A stretch of DNA of 64,000 nt from an uncultured Nitrososphaerota archaeon (GCA_963701075.1 OY969559.1:960001-1024000); one strand, 5' to 3'. Positions 11,016 through 21,393 are shown, counted from the first letter of the stretch. Numbers and translations are program-made. The notes: generated by a model not told the origin, from the letters alone.

Positions 11016-12224
11016 TTACAAACTAATAGAGTTTTGAGTAGTGTCTATCATTGAATATGTCCTGCCTCTCCAAGTTACAGCCTTGTTACTTTTTGCATTT
11101 AAAATCCCACTTGCAAATCCTCCGACAATTATGGAACTTCCAAGAGGTGAACATAAGGCATACTTGGCAGAAAGTCCCAATCCCTTTGTGGCGTCCATAG
11201 TGCTTGCAAGATAAACAAGACCTACTGTAATCAATGACACTACAAACAGTATTGTAAATGACAAGGACAGGGGTTCGAAGATTGCAGAATAAGCAAGAAT
11301 CGGGAACGGCATAAACAACAAAAACAGTATTGCAATAAAGATTCCAATAGCAATACCGCTTGTTTGAAGATACAATGGGGTCATCAGTCGTTTTAATGCA
11401 TGCCATAGTGTTGACCAGTCTCTTGCCCAAACCGCCTCGACTAGATGCTCACCGCGAACCATCTTCATCTTAAACCCTGCTTCCTTTACTTTTCTGCCAA
11501 GTGCCCCGTCTTCAACTATCTCACTTTTTACACCTTCATGTGTACCAACTTTTTCATACGTATCTCTTCTCATGATGAAAAAACTACCAAAAAAATAACC
11601 TGTCTTTTTTGACGAATCGTTTACACGAAGAGCAGAAAATCTTGTATGCAAAAATGTTGATAGTACAGGCAAGGTGATCTTTGTCCATATGTCAAGACAG
11701 AGCATCTTTGGAATTACAGTCAAGGCATCCAAACCATAGCTTAGAAGATGTGACACAGAAAGAGAAATGGTACTTCGTGAATGTATCGTATCTGCATCTG
11801 TGAAAAGCAACAGTTCACCTGTAACTCTCTTGAAACCCTCTACACATGCCCAATTTTTTCCCATCCACTTCTCAGGCTTGGGTGCTGCAAGAACATACTT
11901 TATTTTTGGATTGCTCTGAGAAATCTTCTTAATTATTTCGCCTGTTTTATCGTCTGATCTGTCATCGATCGCAATTATCTCATAATTTTCATAGTCTTGA
12001 TCAATTAGCGAGTTTAGGCATTTATCGATGAAACCTTCTTCATTTCTTGCGGGTAAAATAACAGAAACTTTTGGGGTACCGTGTGGCTTTGGGTCAAACT
12101 TGTCTAAGAATGGAGAGTCGCGAAAGGTAATCCACATAGATCTGATTAAAAGAATCCACGTCAGTGAAACCCCTGACAGTATTGCAGCTAGAGTATAATT
12201 GAGCACATCTATGGCAATATTCAT
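11016..12224 (-). CDS. Glycosyltransferase family 2, membrane-bound
   Basis: VSVILPARNEE, DDRSDD, FTDAD, VEDGALG; start moved to MNIAID to avoid overlap. Confidence 0.9.
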   Translation of the reverse strand: MNIAIDVLNYTLAAILSGVSLTWILLIRSMWITFRDSPFLDKFDPKPHGTPKVSVILPARNEEGFIDKCLNSLIDQDYENYEIIAIDDRSDDKTGEIIKKISQSNPKIKYVLAAPKPEKWMGKNWACVEGFKRVTGELLLFTDADTIHSRSTISLSVSHLLSYGLDALTVIPKMLCLDIWTKITLPVLSTFLHTRFSALRVNDSSKKTGYFFGSFFIMRRDTYEKVGTHEGVKSEIVEDGALGRKVKEAGFKMKMVRGEHLVEAVWARDWSTLWHALKRLMTPLYLQTSGIAIGIFIAILFLLFMPFPILAYSAIFEPLSLSFTILFVVSLITVGLVYLASTMDATKGLGLSAKYALCSPLGSSIIVGGFASGILNAKSNKAVTWRGRTYSMIDTTQNSISL

Positions 12225-12231
12225 CGGGGGG

Positions 12232-12648
12232 TTATCTCTCGATTTCTTCTTTGATACTTTGAAGAGCCTGTTCGGTTCCACTCTGAATGTGTTTTTTGAT
12301 CATGCCGGTAAACATTCCCATCATACCTGAAAGTTTGATGTCCCAAACAGCCTCGACCTTCGTTTTCTCTCCCTGTGGAGATATCAGCACTGTTTTTGTT
12401 CCTTGAATGATTCCCTTTGTAAATTGAACATGGATCTTTTCCTTGGGATAAATGGTAACAGTCTGCATGCATTTTGAATCCTTAAAGGCAATAGTAACCT
12501 CTCGATTTACTGTATTGCCTTCTTTTGATATGTTTCGTATCTCCTTGGTTCCCTTCCAGAATTTTGGCTCTGAATCGAGATCTGATACAGTATTCCAGAC
12601 TTTATCAAGTGGGGCGTTGATCTCAATTGAAGCTTGAATCTCAGCCAT
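12232..12648 (-). CDS. SRPBCC/polyketide cyclase family protein
   Basis: SIEINAPLDKVW...D...PKFW signature. Confidence 0.85.
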   Translation of the reverse strand: MAEIQASIEINAPLDKVWNTVSDLDSEPKFWKGTKEIRNISKEGNTVNREVTIAFKDSKCMQTVTIYPKEKIHVQFTKGIIQGTKTVLISPQGEKTKVEAVWDIKLSGMMGMFTGMIKKHIQSGTEQALQSIKEEIER

Positions 12649-12808
12649 GTCTTGAGGGGTGCTGTCTTCCTATTTATTATATTTTATATCTCATCTGACT
12701 CTGCTGTCAGAGACATCGTGCTATCACGCATTCATTTTCATCATGAGTGTCGTATACATCAAATCCGATGGGAGAAAATGTAATTGAAAAGAGTTTAAGC
12801 ATTATAAC

Positions 12809-13825
12809 TTAGGTTTCTTCAGATTGAGAACTATTGGGTATTATCATTTGGATCGCTGAATTCATAGATTTTTCGGGACAACTCATCTTTAAATTCAATT
12901 TATCTGGCATTTTTATGTCTAACAATTCTCGTAATCCCTTACATCTGTTTCTTATTGTAACTTCTGTAACTCCAGCTGCTAAAGCGATAACCTTTTGTGT
13001 TGTATCTTCTTTGTTTATGACACATGAAAGATACAATGCGGCTGCAGCTAGCCCCATAGGATCCTTTCCTGCTGTAATCTCCATCTTATTTGCATCTTCT
13101 AAAATTGTAAGAGCTCGTCGTTTTACTTTTTCACTTAGACCTGCCTGGCTTGATATTCGTGACATACATTTTATGGGATCTAATACGGGCATTTTCAGAT
13201 CGAGTTCTTTTAAGAGTAGCCTGTAACATCTTGACACATCTTTTCTTTTTATGTTGATTTGGCGTGCCACCTCATTCAATGTTCTTGGAGTACCAGTGTC
13301 TCTGCATGCCAAGTACATTGCTGCAGCAATCAGTCCCGGAATCGATCTACCTCTTGCAAGATTTTTCTCTAATGCTTTTCTGTAAATGTATGCGGTCTTT
13401 TCAACCACAGAATCCGATAATGCAAGTTTGTCTTTCATTCTGCTAAGCTCGCTGAATGCCTGCCTAAAGTTTCTCTCTTGTGATTCATGGACTTGACTCC
13501 TGCTGTCCCATGTTCTAAGACGTGTTATAGTGCTCTTCATTGATATTGAAAGCGGTTTTCCAGTTGCGTCCTTATTATCATGTCCTATCATTGTTGCAAG
13601 ACCCATGTCGTGGATTGCAAGAGACGATGGCCCGCCTGTTCTCGATCTATCTTCATGTTCATCTTTTGAGAATGAACGTCTCTCAGGACCAGAATCTTCT
13701 ATTTGTTCATCAATGACAAAACCGCATACTCCACAAAACCTCTCTCCGGTGGAACCATCCGTTACCATGGCACTCTTTCCACAGCGAGCACATTTCATAT
13801 GCGAGTCAGAATCAAGAGAAAGCAT
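12809..13825 (-). CDS. tfb: Transcription initiation factor IIB paralog
   Basis: CxxC..CxxCG Zn ribbon, HDMGL, GKDPMGLAAAALY, AGVTEVTIRNR. Confidence 0.95.
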   Translation of the reverse strand: MLSLDSDSHMKCARCGKSAMVTDGSTGERFCGVCGFVIDEQIEDSGPERRSFSKDEHEDRSRTGGPSSLAIHDMGLATMIGHDNKDATGKPLSISMKSTITRLRTWDSRSQVHESQERNFRQAFSELSRMKDKLALSDSVVEKTAYIYRKALEKNLARGRSIPGLIAAAMYLACRDTGTPRTLNEVARQINIKRKDVSRCYRLLLKELDLKMPVLDPIKCMSRISSQAGLSEKVKRRALTILEDANKMEITAGKDPMGLAAAALYLSCVINKEDTTQKVIALAAGVTEVTIRNRCKGLRELLDIKMPDKLNLKMSCPEKSMNSAIQMIIPNSSQSEET

Positions 13826-14079
13826 CAGTTTATCACGATATTATACGTCTGTCAAGCAATAAGAACGATGGTATTGCACGTTTTTTATTTTCATAAGTTA
13901 TAATCAAATTTCAACAAAAATGAAGAGTTCTATTTTGATAGAACTGCAGTGACGATTCCGACTCCAATAATTTCTGGACCATTTCTCTTAAGTGATGTTA
14001 CTAGCGTAAACTCATAGCAACTAGATCGTTGAACTAAGATTTAAACGGAGGTCACTAGTTTTGATAACTGGTCCATAGC

Positions 14080-14184
14080 TCATCGGCTCTTGTCCCAATG
14101 ACAATCACAATTACATCCTTCCTTGCATTTTACTCTTTTACAATCCGAACACAAGTCTTGCCTCGAAAAATGGCTTCTTTCCAT
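14080..14184 (-). CDS. Small Cys/His-rich putative metal-binding protein (34 aa, not in ORF track)
   Basis: Manual translation MERSHFSRQDLCSDCKRVKCKEGCNCDCHWDKSR; TTAAGTA TATA-like element about 25 bp upstream. Confidence 0.55.
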   Translation of the reverse strand: MERSHFSRQDLCSDCKRVKCKEGCNCDCHWDKSR

Positions 14185-14235
14185 GAAATTATTAGCACGT
14201 GACGCTACTTAAGACAGCTGAACTGGCAGTAAAAC

Positions 14236-15036
14236 TCAATTTATTATCCTTGACATTACATCAGATGGGTGTTCAACAGTCAGGCCTCTTTTAGCAAAGA
14301 ATCTTGAAATATTTGTGATATCTCTTTGAAGAAATTCTTTTGCATTTCTGTGTCGTATATCAACGGCTGATCCTAGATCAAAAAGAATCAACCCATTTTC
14401 TGTTTTGAAAATATTGTATTCTGAGAAATCAGCATGTACAAGTTCGGCTTTTTTGTAAAGCTGAGAAATAATTGAAATTGCATCTCTGTAATCATTTTCA
14501 TCAATTTCTGATTCTACAAGAGTTTTTGCTGGAACGCCATTTTTTCCTACAAATTCTAACACCAAGACATTTTTTAGAACGCGAATTGGTTTGATTGAGG
14601 GAATGCCACTTTTAACACATTGGGTTAGGTTACGAAATTCTTTTTGTGCCCAAAGCTCTACCATATTCCTTGTCCCTTTTTTAATGCGAGAAAATCTTGG
14701 GTCATCCACAAGGTATGGCTTTCTTTTTTTAAAAGTTGAAGCTGTTACTAGATATATCTTGAGAGCAACATCCTTCCCATCATTGTCCACAGCCCAATAC
14801 ATCTTGGCTTCCTTGCCAGAGCCAACTACCCCATTGACATATGATATGGTGCCTGAATTTATCAACTTGGACAGAGTCATTATTGAGGTCTTGTCCAGAA
14901 CGTCGTCCATGACCTTTTTTTTATCAAAGACGCCTTTCTCTGATACTCCGCGTCTTTCATTTTTTAAAAGTTGATTATCAACACGTCTTGCTAATTTTTT
15001 TCCAAGATCATCTGATGATAGTGTGATTTCTGACAT
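14236..15036 (-). CDS. rio1: RIO1 family serine/threonine kinase
   Basis: GSGKEA, ALKIY, WAQKEFRNL, LVHADFSEYNI, FDLGSAV. Confidence 0.93.
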   Translation of the reverse strand: MSEITLSSDDLGKKLARRVDNQLLKNERRGVSEKGVFDKKKVMDDVLDKTSIMTLSKLINSGTISYVNGVVGSGKEAKMYWAVDNDGKDVALKIYLVTASTFKKRKPYLVDDPRFSRIKKGTRNMVELWAQKEFRNLTQCVKSGIPSIKPIRVLKNVLVLEFVGKNGVPAKTLVESEIDENDYRDAISIISQLYKKAELVHADFSEYNIFKTENGLILFDLGSAVDIRHRNAKEFLQRDITNISRFFAKRGLTVEHPSDVMSRIIN

Positions 15037-15098
15037 CTATTGTATACGGGTTCAGCACTAATAACAGTATGTAAAGAACATCATTCGTGGTGCCGTAA

Positions 15099-15323
15099 TT
15101 AGAGAATCTTCTCATGTCGATACCTGTTTTTGATGTATCTGGTATGATATTGTCCATGGGATAAAACGGATTTCATCAACCCATCGTAGATCTTTTTTGG
15201 CACACCAAAGTACTGATAGACTCCACCATGATGAAATTCTATTTCCAATATTTGCATTGATTCATCATAGCCAACTGACTTTAGATCATTGGACTTGATT
15301 CGCATTCTGTCCACACTTGTCAT
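15099..15323 (-). CDS. KTSC domain protein
   Basis: SVGYD...LEIEF..GGVYQYFGVP...S.G.Y..RYIK. Confidence 0.9.
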   Translation of the reverse strand: MTSVDRMRIKSNDLKSVGYDESMQILEIEFHHGGVYQYFGVPKKIYDGLMKSVLSHGQYHTRYIKNRYRHEKIL

Positions 15324-15496
15324 ATGTCATGGAATCATCTAAATCATTGGTTCAAATCATATGACACCCACCTACTATTTTGGATCATCGCATCCTCATG
15401 TTATGGATCTGGAATGAAGACTACAAATCATGTGCAAACTAGTAGGTTTGATGTATGCTTCGAAATCAATTTTAATGAGGCAGAAAAAGACTTTCT

Positions 15497-15823
15497 GTGG
15501 ATACTGCAACTTATGATGATTTTGCTAAATTAGACATTCGTGTGGCAAAAATAATTGAAGTAGAAAGGATCCCTGGCAAGTCCAAAATCATAAAGGGCAC
15601 TATAGATTTAGGTGAAGAAAAAAGGCAAGTAATAATCGGCGGTGCAGAATATTATCAACCCGAAGAACTGATAAACAAAAAAGTCATAGTAATATCGAAT
15701 TTGGAACCACGAAAAATTGCCGGCGTAGAGTCTAACGCAATGCTTTTGGCTGCAGACCTAAACGACAGACCTTTTTGGCTTACTGTGAATGAAGACGTCC
15801 CACTTGGCACGAAGATAAAGTAG
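15497..15823 (+). CDS. tRNA-binding OB-fold protein (Trbp111/CsaA-like)
   Basis: DDFAKLDIRV, NLEPRKIAGVESNAMLLAA. Confidence 0.9.
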   Translation: MDTATYDDFAKLDIRVAKIIEVERIPGKSKIIKGTIDLGEEKRQVIIGGAEYYQPEELINKKVIVISNLEPRKIAGVESNAMLLAADLNDRPFWLTVNEDVPLGTKIK

Positions 15824-15842
15824 ATGCCTAATTCCTAGTATT

Positions 15843-17264
15843 CTATTGGATGACTTTCTTACCTGGGTTGAGAGTATTGGTAGGGTCAAAGAACTGCTTT
15901 ATTTTTTTAAAAACTGAATAGGTGTCACTTCCATATTGTAGTTTTACAAACTCTGATCTTGCAAGGCCATCTCCGTGTTCCCCTGTTATGGTGCCACCTA
16001 TGCTTATAACGCCCGAGAAAAATTCTAGTGCAATTTTCTTGATTAGACCCTTGTCTTTCTTCTTTAAAATTGGTCTAATGTGTAAATTGCCATTGCCGGC
16101 ATGACCATAGATGATCACTCTCATGGGGTATTGAGATATTAAATATTTGACTAAATCAAGTAGGAGAGGCAGTCTATGTACTGGTACTGTAGCATCTTCT
16201 ATTATGGAAGAGACTATTTCCTGTTTTGAAATGCTCTTCAAACTGTATGATAATGCAGAGTTTCTATAATTCCACCATTGGGCTATCTGATTGTATCTTG
16301 TGGTAGACAAAATTGTTTTACCAGATGATATTTGTTGAACCGCGATTCTCTTTTTTGATACTCTATTATCAAACTCTACAAAGAGAAGACATTTTGTATT
16401 GTTTGGCATCTTGTGTTCGATATGTTGAATGATATTGTAATCGATTATCTCTACTGCGGACGGCCCAAGTTTTAGAATTTTTGGCACGTCAATGACTGCT
16501 TCCTTTAGTGTCTTGTATGCAATTATTATGAGAACAGCTTGTTTTGGAAGCAAGAAAGTTTTGAGCTTGGCCGATGTGATTATTCCAAGAGTTCCCTCAG
16601 AACCCGCCATGATTTTTTGCACATCTGAATATGACGTAACTTTGTCAATTCTGTAACCACAAGAATTCTTTGATACGCACGGAAATCGCTTTTGGGTTTG
16701 CAGTCTTGTCATTCCGAGAATTTTTTTTGTTATGTGACCTTTCTTGGGAAGAACCACGATATTTCCCTTGGATGTAACCATTCTTGTCTGAATCAAGTTA
16801 TCTATGGTGCTACCGTACTTTAATGAGTGACTCCCACTTGCGTTGGTTCCTATCATTCCACCTATGGTGCAGAATGGTCCAATTGATGGATTTGGACCAA
16901 AAAATTTTCCATGTTTTCTCAGTATATTATCTAGTTCTCCCTTGAAAACTCCGCTTCCAGTTTGTACAAATCCTCGTCCAATCTTGATTTTATCAAAATG
17001 TTTCATGTCTAAAATGATTCCAGTTCCAAGATCTCCCCCAACAAGTCCAGTACCAGCACCTCTTGGCGTAACGGAAATTTTATGGCGAGAAGCAAATCTA
17101 AGAATTCTAATAACATCTTTTTCATTCTTGGGAAACGCTATTGCAGACGGTCTTACGATGTAAGAACTGGCATCTACTGAATAAAGATCTAATGTTTGTT
17201 TATCAAACGATATCCTGCAGGTTACTGTTTTTGTAAGTTTTTTACCTATCTGGCTTGACAGCAT
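15843..17264 (-). CDS. FAD-binding oxidoreductase (GlcD/D-lactate dehydrogenase family)
   Basis: PRGAGTG, GSEGTLG, GHAGNGNLH, GEHGDG, LNPGK. Confidence 0.9.
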   Translation of the reverse strand: MLSSQIGKKLTKTVTCRISFDKQTLDLYSVDASSYIVRPSAIAFPKNEKDVIRILRFASRHKISVTPRGAGTGLVGGDLGTGIILDMKHFDKIKIGRGFVQTGSGVFKGELDNILRKHGKFFGPNPSIGPFCTIGGMIGTNASGSHSLKYGSTIDNLIQTRMVTSKGNIVVLPKKGHITKKILGMTRLQTQKRFPCVSKNSCGYRIDKVTSYSDVQKIMAGSEGTLGIITSAKLKTFLLPKQAVLIIIAYKTLKEAVIDVPKILKLGPSAVEIIDYNIIQHIEHKMPNNTKCLLFVEFDNRVSKKRIAVQQISSGKTILSTTRYNQIAQWWNYRNSALSYSLKSISKQEIVSSIIEDATVPVHRLPLLLDLVKYLISQYPMRVIIYGHAGNGNLHIRPILKKKDKGLIKKIALEFFSGVISIGGTITGEHGDGLARSEFVKLQYGSDTYSVFKKIKQFFDPTNTLNPGKKVIQ

Positions 17265-17342
17265 GTTCTTTCTTGATATCTTGAGTTAAAAACAATTTCA
17301 ATTTCTCACAAAGATTTAATTTAGATTGTATAAGCTTTTTCC

Positions 17343-18467
17343 ATGTTGGATTTTCTAGGAATTAACGCAAGTAATCTTCTCAATACTAATGATAATTCCA
17401 ATCCATTAATGTGGTTGGTGTGGATTGTTCCAATCTTTGTCTTTATGCTTTATGGGCAAAAGATCCAATTGCAGGTTACCTCCTCAGAAATTAACAAATC
17501 GCTTGAAAAGTTGAAAATGTATAGGGATGATACTAGGAAAGAATTGATAGATTATATCAAAACTACGCTGAAACCAAATTGGGATGTCTCGCCTAGGCTT
17601 GACAGGTATCTTGAGTACTTTACAATAATGCCAGTTGATATGGATCCAAACGGAATTGTTTCTAAAATTAGACATATCATGAGGACTCGTGAAGACTTTA
17701 CAAGAGAACAGGTCAAGACACTAGCCACAGAATTGAATTCACTTGAAGCAAGTAAGATAGCAAATATCCTTGAAGTGGTTACAACCATACACTTACTTTA
17801 CAAGAGTGTACGACATCTTTTTCTAACTGCAAAAAAACAAAACAACTTTCCTTTGATTTTACCTTTGCAAATGATGATACCATTTATCATGGAAGAAGCT
17901 GAAGCTCTCAGAACTGCTGTACCTGCATTCAAACAAGGCCAACCAATCGGTGATGGTATAGGTCCCATGATCGTAGGAAAGATGATGATTGATACCAAGA
18001 AGATGGAAGTTGCATATGAGACAGTTTGGAGTGAAAAGGAGTTCGAGGGACGAAAACTCTTACTAATGAAGGCGGAAGGCCCATCTGGCACTGTAGGAAG
18101 ACCCGGAGAGGCAACTGAAAAAATCATCTCTACGATAAAGCCTGATATCATTATAATGGTAGATGCGGCCCTAAAGCTAGAAGGGGAAACAACCGGATCT
18201 ATATCTCAGGGATTTGGAGCTGCAATTGGAGGTATTGGTACAGAAAAATTCCAAATTGAGGAGGCAGCTACCAAACATAACATTCCAATCTATGCAGTTG
18301 TGATAAAACAGTCAATCAAAGAAGCTATCACATTGATGAAAAAAGAGATTGCAGATGCATCCGAGGAAGCAACATCTCAAATTTATGATATGATAAAAGA
18401 GAACACAAAAACAGGTCAGGCTGTTTTGATAATTGGCGTTGGAAATACAATAGGCGTGTCACAATGA
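17343..18467 (+). CDS. DUF1512 family membrane-anchored protein
   Basis: PIGDGIGP, VDAALKLEGE, IGVGNT; conserved next to map. Confidence 0.8.
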   Translation: MLDFLGINASNLLNTNDNSNPLMWLVWIVPIFVFMLYGQKIQLQVTSSEINKSLEKLKMYRDDTRKELIDYIKTTLKPNWDVSPRLDRYLEYFTIMPVDMDPNGIVSKIRHIMRTREDFTREQVKTLATELNSLEASKIANILEVVTTIHLLYKSVRHLFLTAKKQNNFPLILPLQMMIPFIMEEAEALRTAVPAFKQGQPIGDGIGPMIVGKMMIDTKKMEVAYETVWSEKEFEGRKLLLMKAEGPSGTVGRPGEATEKIISTIKPDIIIMVDAALKLEGETTGSISQGFGAAIGGIGTEKFQIEEAATKHNIPIYAVVIKQSIKEAITLMKKEIADASEEATSQIYDMIKENTKTGQAVLIIGVGNTIGVSQ

Positions 18468-18652
18468 TATTCTCTAGGAAAAAGCAAGAGATCATAGATC
18501 CATATACTGTTGAACAATGTACCTCATGCAATATGACTAAAAAAAGAAAATTTGTAGAGGGTGATTACATCTTTAAGACAATTGGCAAATGTTCATCTTG
18601 TAACAATGGGCAGATATCTATATCCAAAATCTTCGGCGAAGTCATCAAATAG
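18464..18652 (+). CDS. Small Zn-ribbon protein
   Basis: CTSC...GDYIFK...CSSC; start overlaps upstream stop. Confidence 0.7.
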   Translation: MIFSRKKQEIIDPYTVEQCTSCNMTKKRKFVEGDYIFKTIGKCSSCNNGQISISKIFGEVIK

Positions 18653-19535
18653 TTGTCACAGTAACCCCGTTTTCTTGAGGTATGAAGGTATGCTCTGCTT
18701 GAGCCACTCTTTGGTTATTTGCTTCTACTAAAACAGGATATGATCTGACAATTTTATTCTGGATCAATTTGTCTAAAAGTGTCCTAGCAGTTTTTTCATC
18801 CCATTCTGGCATGAACCATCTTAATGCAAATGGCAACATGTTGAATTTTTGCCAGATAAAATCAATGAACTTGTTTGCATCATCATCTTTTGCACGCTTT
18901 CTTGTGGCTAGTGAAAAAATATTTCTTGTCTTGCCCTCTCGAACAAACCCTAGACCATCTCGTGTTGTAACAAATGGTTCACATGCGTATGCTTCTGTTG
19001 ACTGGAAAGAAAATGATCCAATAGACCATATGTTTGGCACAGATTTTCCTGCATGTATGGTGAATCGTTCAAGAGAATGGCCACTGAGGTTTGCAATTGG
19101 TATGCCTCCCATTTGTTTTGCTGTATTTTCTATAATTTTTCCAACATCACTTGATTTTGTACCGACACGTATGATGGAGATTGCCTCTCTTAGGGCAGCT
19201 TCTGCAGCTTGGACAAGATAATCGTAATTTGGATCATAGCATACTGTTACTGCAGTATCTGCAATGTATCCGTTTATCTGCACACCCAAATCGATTTTAA
19301 GAAGATCAGTTTCTTTGACAACTATGCTGTCATTTGGTTCTGCAGTATAATGCGCTGCGATCTCATTTAAGCTGGCATTTACAGGAAAAGCACATTTGCC
19401 TCCTTTTCGCTCTATCTCCTTTTCAATTGATTCACAAACTTCTAACAGCGTTGAGCCAACATGATATTTTTTCCTAGCATTTTCTCTAACCTCAGCTGCG
19501 ATTTTACCTGCACTAATGTAGTCTTGAACCTGCAT
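18645..19535 (-). CDS. map: Methionine aminopeptidase type II
   Basis: AAHYT, DLGVQINGYIADTA, GHS, EPF, AQAEHT. Confidence 0.96.
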   Translation of the reverse strand: MQVQDYISAGKIAAEVRENARKKYHVGSTLLEVCESIEKEIERKGGKCAFPVNASLNEIAAHYTAEPNDSIVVKETDLLKIDLGVQINGYIADTAVTVCYDPNYDYLVQAAEAALREAISIIRVGTKSSDVGKIIENTAKQMGGIPIANLSGHSLERFTIHAGKSVPNIWSIGSFSFQSTEAYACEPFVTTRDGLGFVREGKTRNIFSLATRKRAKDDDANKFIDFIWQKFNMLPFALRWFMPEWDEKTARTLLDKLIQNKIVRSYPVLVEANNQRVAQAEHTFIPQENGVTVTTI

Positions 19536-19622
19536 TAGTTTAACATTGAATAGATTTGTTATTTAAAATCATCATCTCATATGGGAAGCTTAAATTGGGG
19601 ACTTTTTTGTGCATTCAACATC

Positions 19623-19696
19623 GGGATCGTGGTCTAGCTTGGTATGATGCGGGTTTTGGGTACCTGAGGTCGTCGGTTCAAATCCGGCCGATCCCA
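19623..19696 (+). tRNA. tRNA-Pro (TGG), intronless, CCA not encoded
   Basis: Acceptor GGGATCG/CGATCCC, anticodon arm CGGGT-TTTGGGT-ACCTG, T arm GTCGG-TTCAAAT-CCGGC. Confidence 0.95.
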
Positions 19697-19906
19697 TCTT
19701 TTGTATTTTATATTACTAAAATCATCACATGTCATTTCAATTAGTTATTATCTGACTTTCACACAATCTGATGAGTCAGGCGATGAAGAAGAGTTAGAGA
19801 CATGATAAAAAGATGAATGTGAATTCAGTGACTCGGAGCCTGGCGTATCTCATAGGTCACATTGAACAAAATTTACGCCTTAAATTGTGTTGGTGTATGA
19901 TATCAT

Positions 19907-21151
19907 ATGAGTGAATTCCAGAGAATAGCAAACAATGACATACATAATTCTGTTAGAGACGTTGAGCGATATAAAAATATCTTACAGAAATTCAAGAACG
20001 GTTCTGACTGTATAAAATTTTTGGATGCGTTACTTTTGTCAGGCAGAAGCTGGATTCGAATTGCAACTTATGCTTATTCATGTCAGAAGATTCTTCAGCT
20101 CAAAGACGATAAACCAATAATCTCATGGACTCGCGAGGATTGCGAAGAGATTGTAAAAAAGTTTGTAATTGCAAACATATCAAACGCTACAAAGGAGGGC
20201 CACTTGCGTACCCTCAAACGTTTGGTACACAGGTGCAAGACAAAGAAACTGATTCAAAAGGGTAGGGAAGACTATTGCGAAGAAGTTGCCTGGATTACGC
20301 CCGGATCTTTCTACGACAAATACGAAAAAATCCAGTCAAAAGACTTGATAAAAGACAATGAAATTCTTGCCATGATAAACGCTGTCAAGAAAATGGGAGG
20401 AAAATATGTAAAGAGAAACATTCTTGTCTTGTTTCTTCTACTTGATGGAAGCTTCAGGCCTGCAGAGCTTCTCAATATCACCATTGGTGGCATCGAATTT
20501 GGTACTGATTTTGTGAGGGTTCATACAACTGGCAAGACAGGCCCAAAAAGGCTCACCTTGGTAACAAGCTTCGTACCAATGAAAGAATGGATACAGGAGC
20601 ACCCCGATGCTGAAAATCCAGAAGCATATCTTCTATGGGAAGACAAGGAGGAAGGCAGGATGTCATACTGGCAGTTATGGCGTCTTGTAAAACGTTCGGC
20701 TCAAAAGGCTGGTATTAAGAAAAGAATCTGGCTCTACCTTTTCAGGCATACCAGTATTACAGAACATGTTAAGCGTCTTGGTCGTGTAGCTGCGGTTTAT
20801 GGAAATTGGAGTCCACGAAGTAAAATGTTGCAAAAGTACACGCACCTGGCAGATTCCGACCAGGAGGATGCTATCCTGAAGCTGCATGGCCTAAAAAAAG
20901 AGGACAACACTGATTCTATATTATTTGCAAAGATGTGTCCCCAATGCCACAAGGGAAACAGTGCAGATAAATCTCATTGCAGCAATTGTGGTACAATTCT
21001 TTCCAAGAAACTAGCCCAGATTCGCGAATCTAGAAATATGACTGATGTACTGAGGTTTGAAAGAAAATTCTCTTCAGAAATAAAGAGTCTACGGAAAACT
21101 ATAGAAGAACAACAAAAAATGTTTGAAGTCTTGCTAAAAAGTAAAAATTAA
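19907..21151 (+). CDS. Tyrosine integrase/recombinase with C-terminal Zn ribbon
   Basis: RPAEL (R), GKTG (K), YLFRH, GNW, KYTH (Y); CPQC..CSNCG. Confidence 0.92.
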   Translation: MSEFQRIANNDIHNSVRDVERYKNILQKFKNGSDCIKFLDALLLSGRSWIRIATYAYSCQKILQLKDDKPIISWTREDCEEIVKKFVIANISNATKEGHLRTLKRLVHRCKTKKLIQKGREDYCEEVAWITPGSFYDKYEKIQSKDLIKDNEILAMINAVKKMGGKYVKRNILVLFLLLDGSFRPAELLNITIGGIEFGTDFVRVHTTGKTGPKRLTLVTSFVPMKEWIQEHPDAENPEAYLLWEDKEEGRMSYWQLWRLVKRSAQKAGIKKRIWLYLFRHTSITEHVKRLGRVAAVYGNWSPRSKMLQKYTHLADSDQEDAILKLHGLKKEDNTDSILFAKMCPQCHKGNSADKSHCSNCGTILSKKLAQIRESRNMTDVLRFERKFSSEIKSLRKTIEEQQKMFEVLLKSKN

Positions 21152-21267
21152 TATTGTTTTCCTTTTAATTTTTTTTCAAGCTTTGTTACTTGCTCAAGCA
21201 TTTTTTCATTCTCTTCTTTGAGCCTGAGAATTAATTCTTTTGGTACATCTATTGTTTTTTCATTCAT
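21148..21267 (-). CDS. Small coiled-coil protein (39 aa, not in ORF track)
   Basis: MNEKTIDVPKELILRLKEENEKMLEQVTKLEKKLKGKQY; convergent with integrase, stops overlap. Confidence 0.4.
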   Translation of the reverse strand: MNEKTIDVPKELILRLKEENEKMLEQVTKLEKKLKGKQY

Positions 21268-21355
21268 AGTACATTCTACAGCAATTTTAGTTTTTAAAGT
21301 CAACACAAAGTTGATCAGAATATCCATCCAATAAATCTAATAAATGACCTTGTCT

Positions 21356-21393
21356 AGTACACCCCCGTGTACTTAGTACACCCACATGTACTT
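21356..21393. repeat. Tandem pair of 18-bp palindromes
   Basis: AGTACACCCCCGTGTACT-T-AGTACACCCACATGTACT-T. Confidence 0.9.

Noticed and set aside
19564-19727. 11-bp direct repeat TAAAATCATCA flanking the tRNA
   Set aside because: Short and AT-rich, plausibly chance
19556-19744. 62-aa ORF
   Set aside because: Overlaps the tRNA-Pro gene
19768-19790. Hammerhead-like CTGATGA-stem-GAAG
   Set aside because: GAAA core is not met and there are no convincing stems I and III
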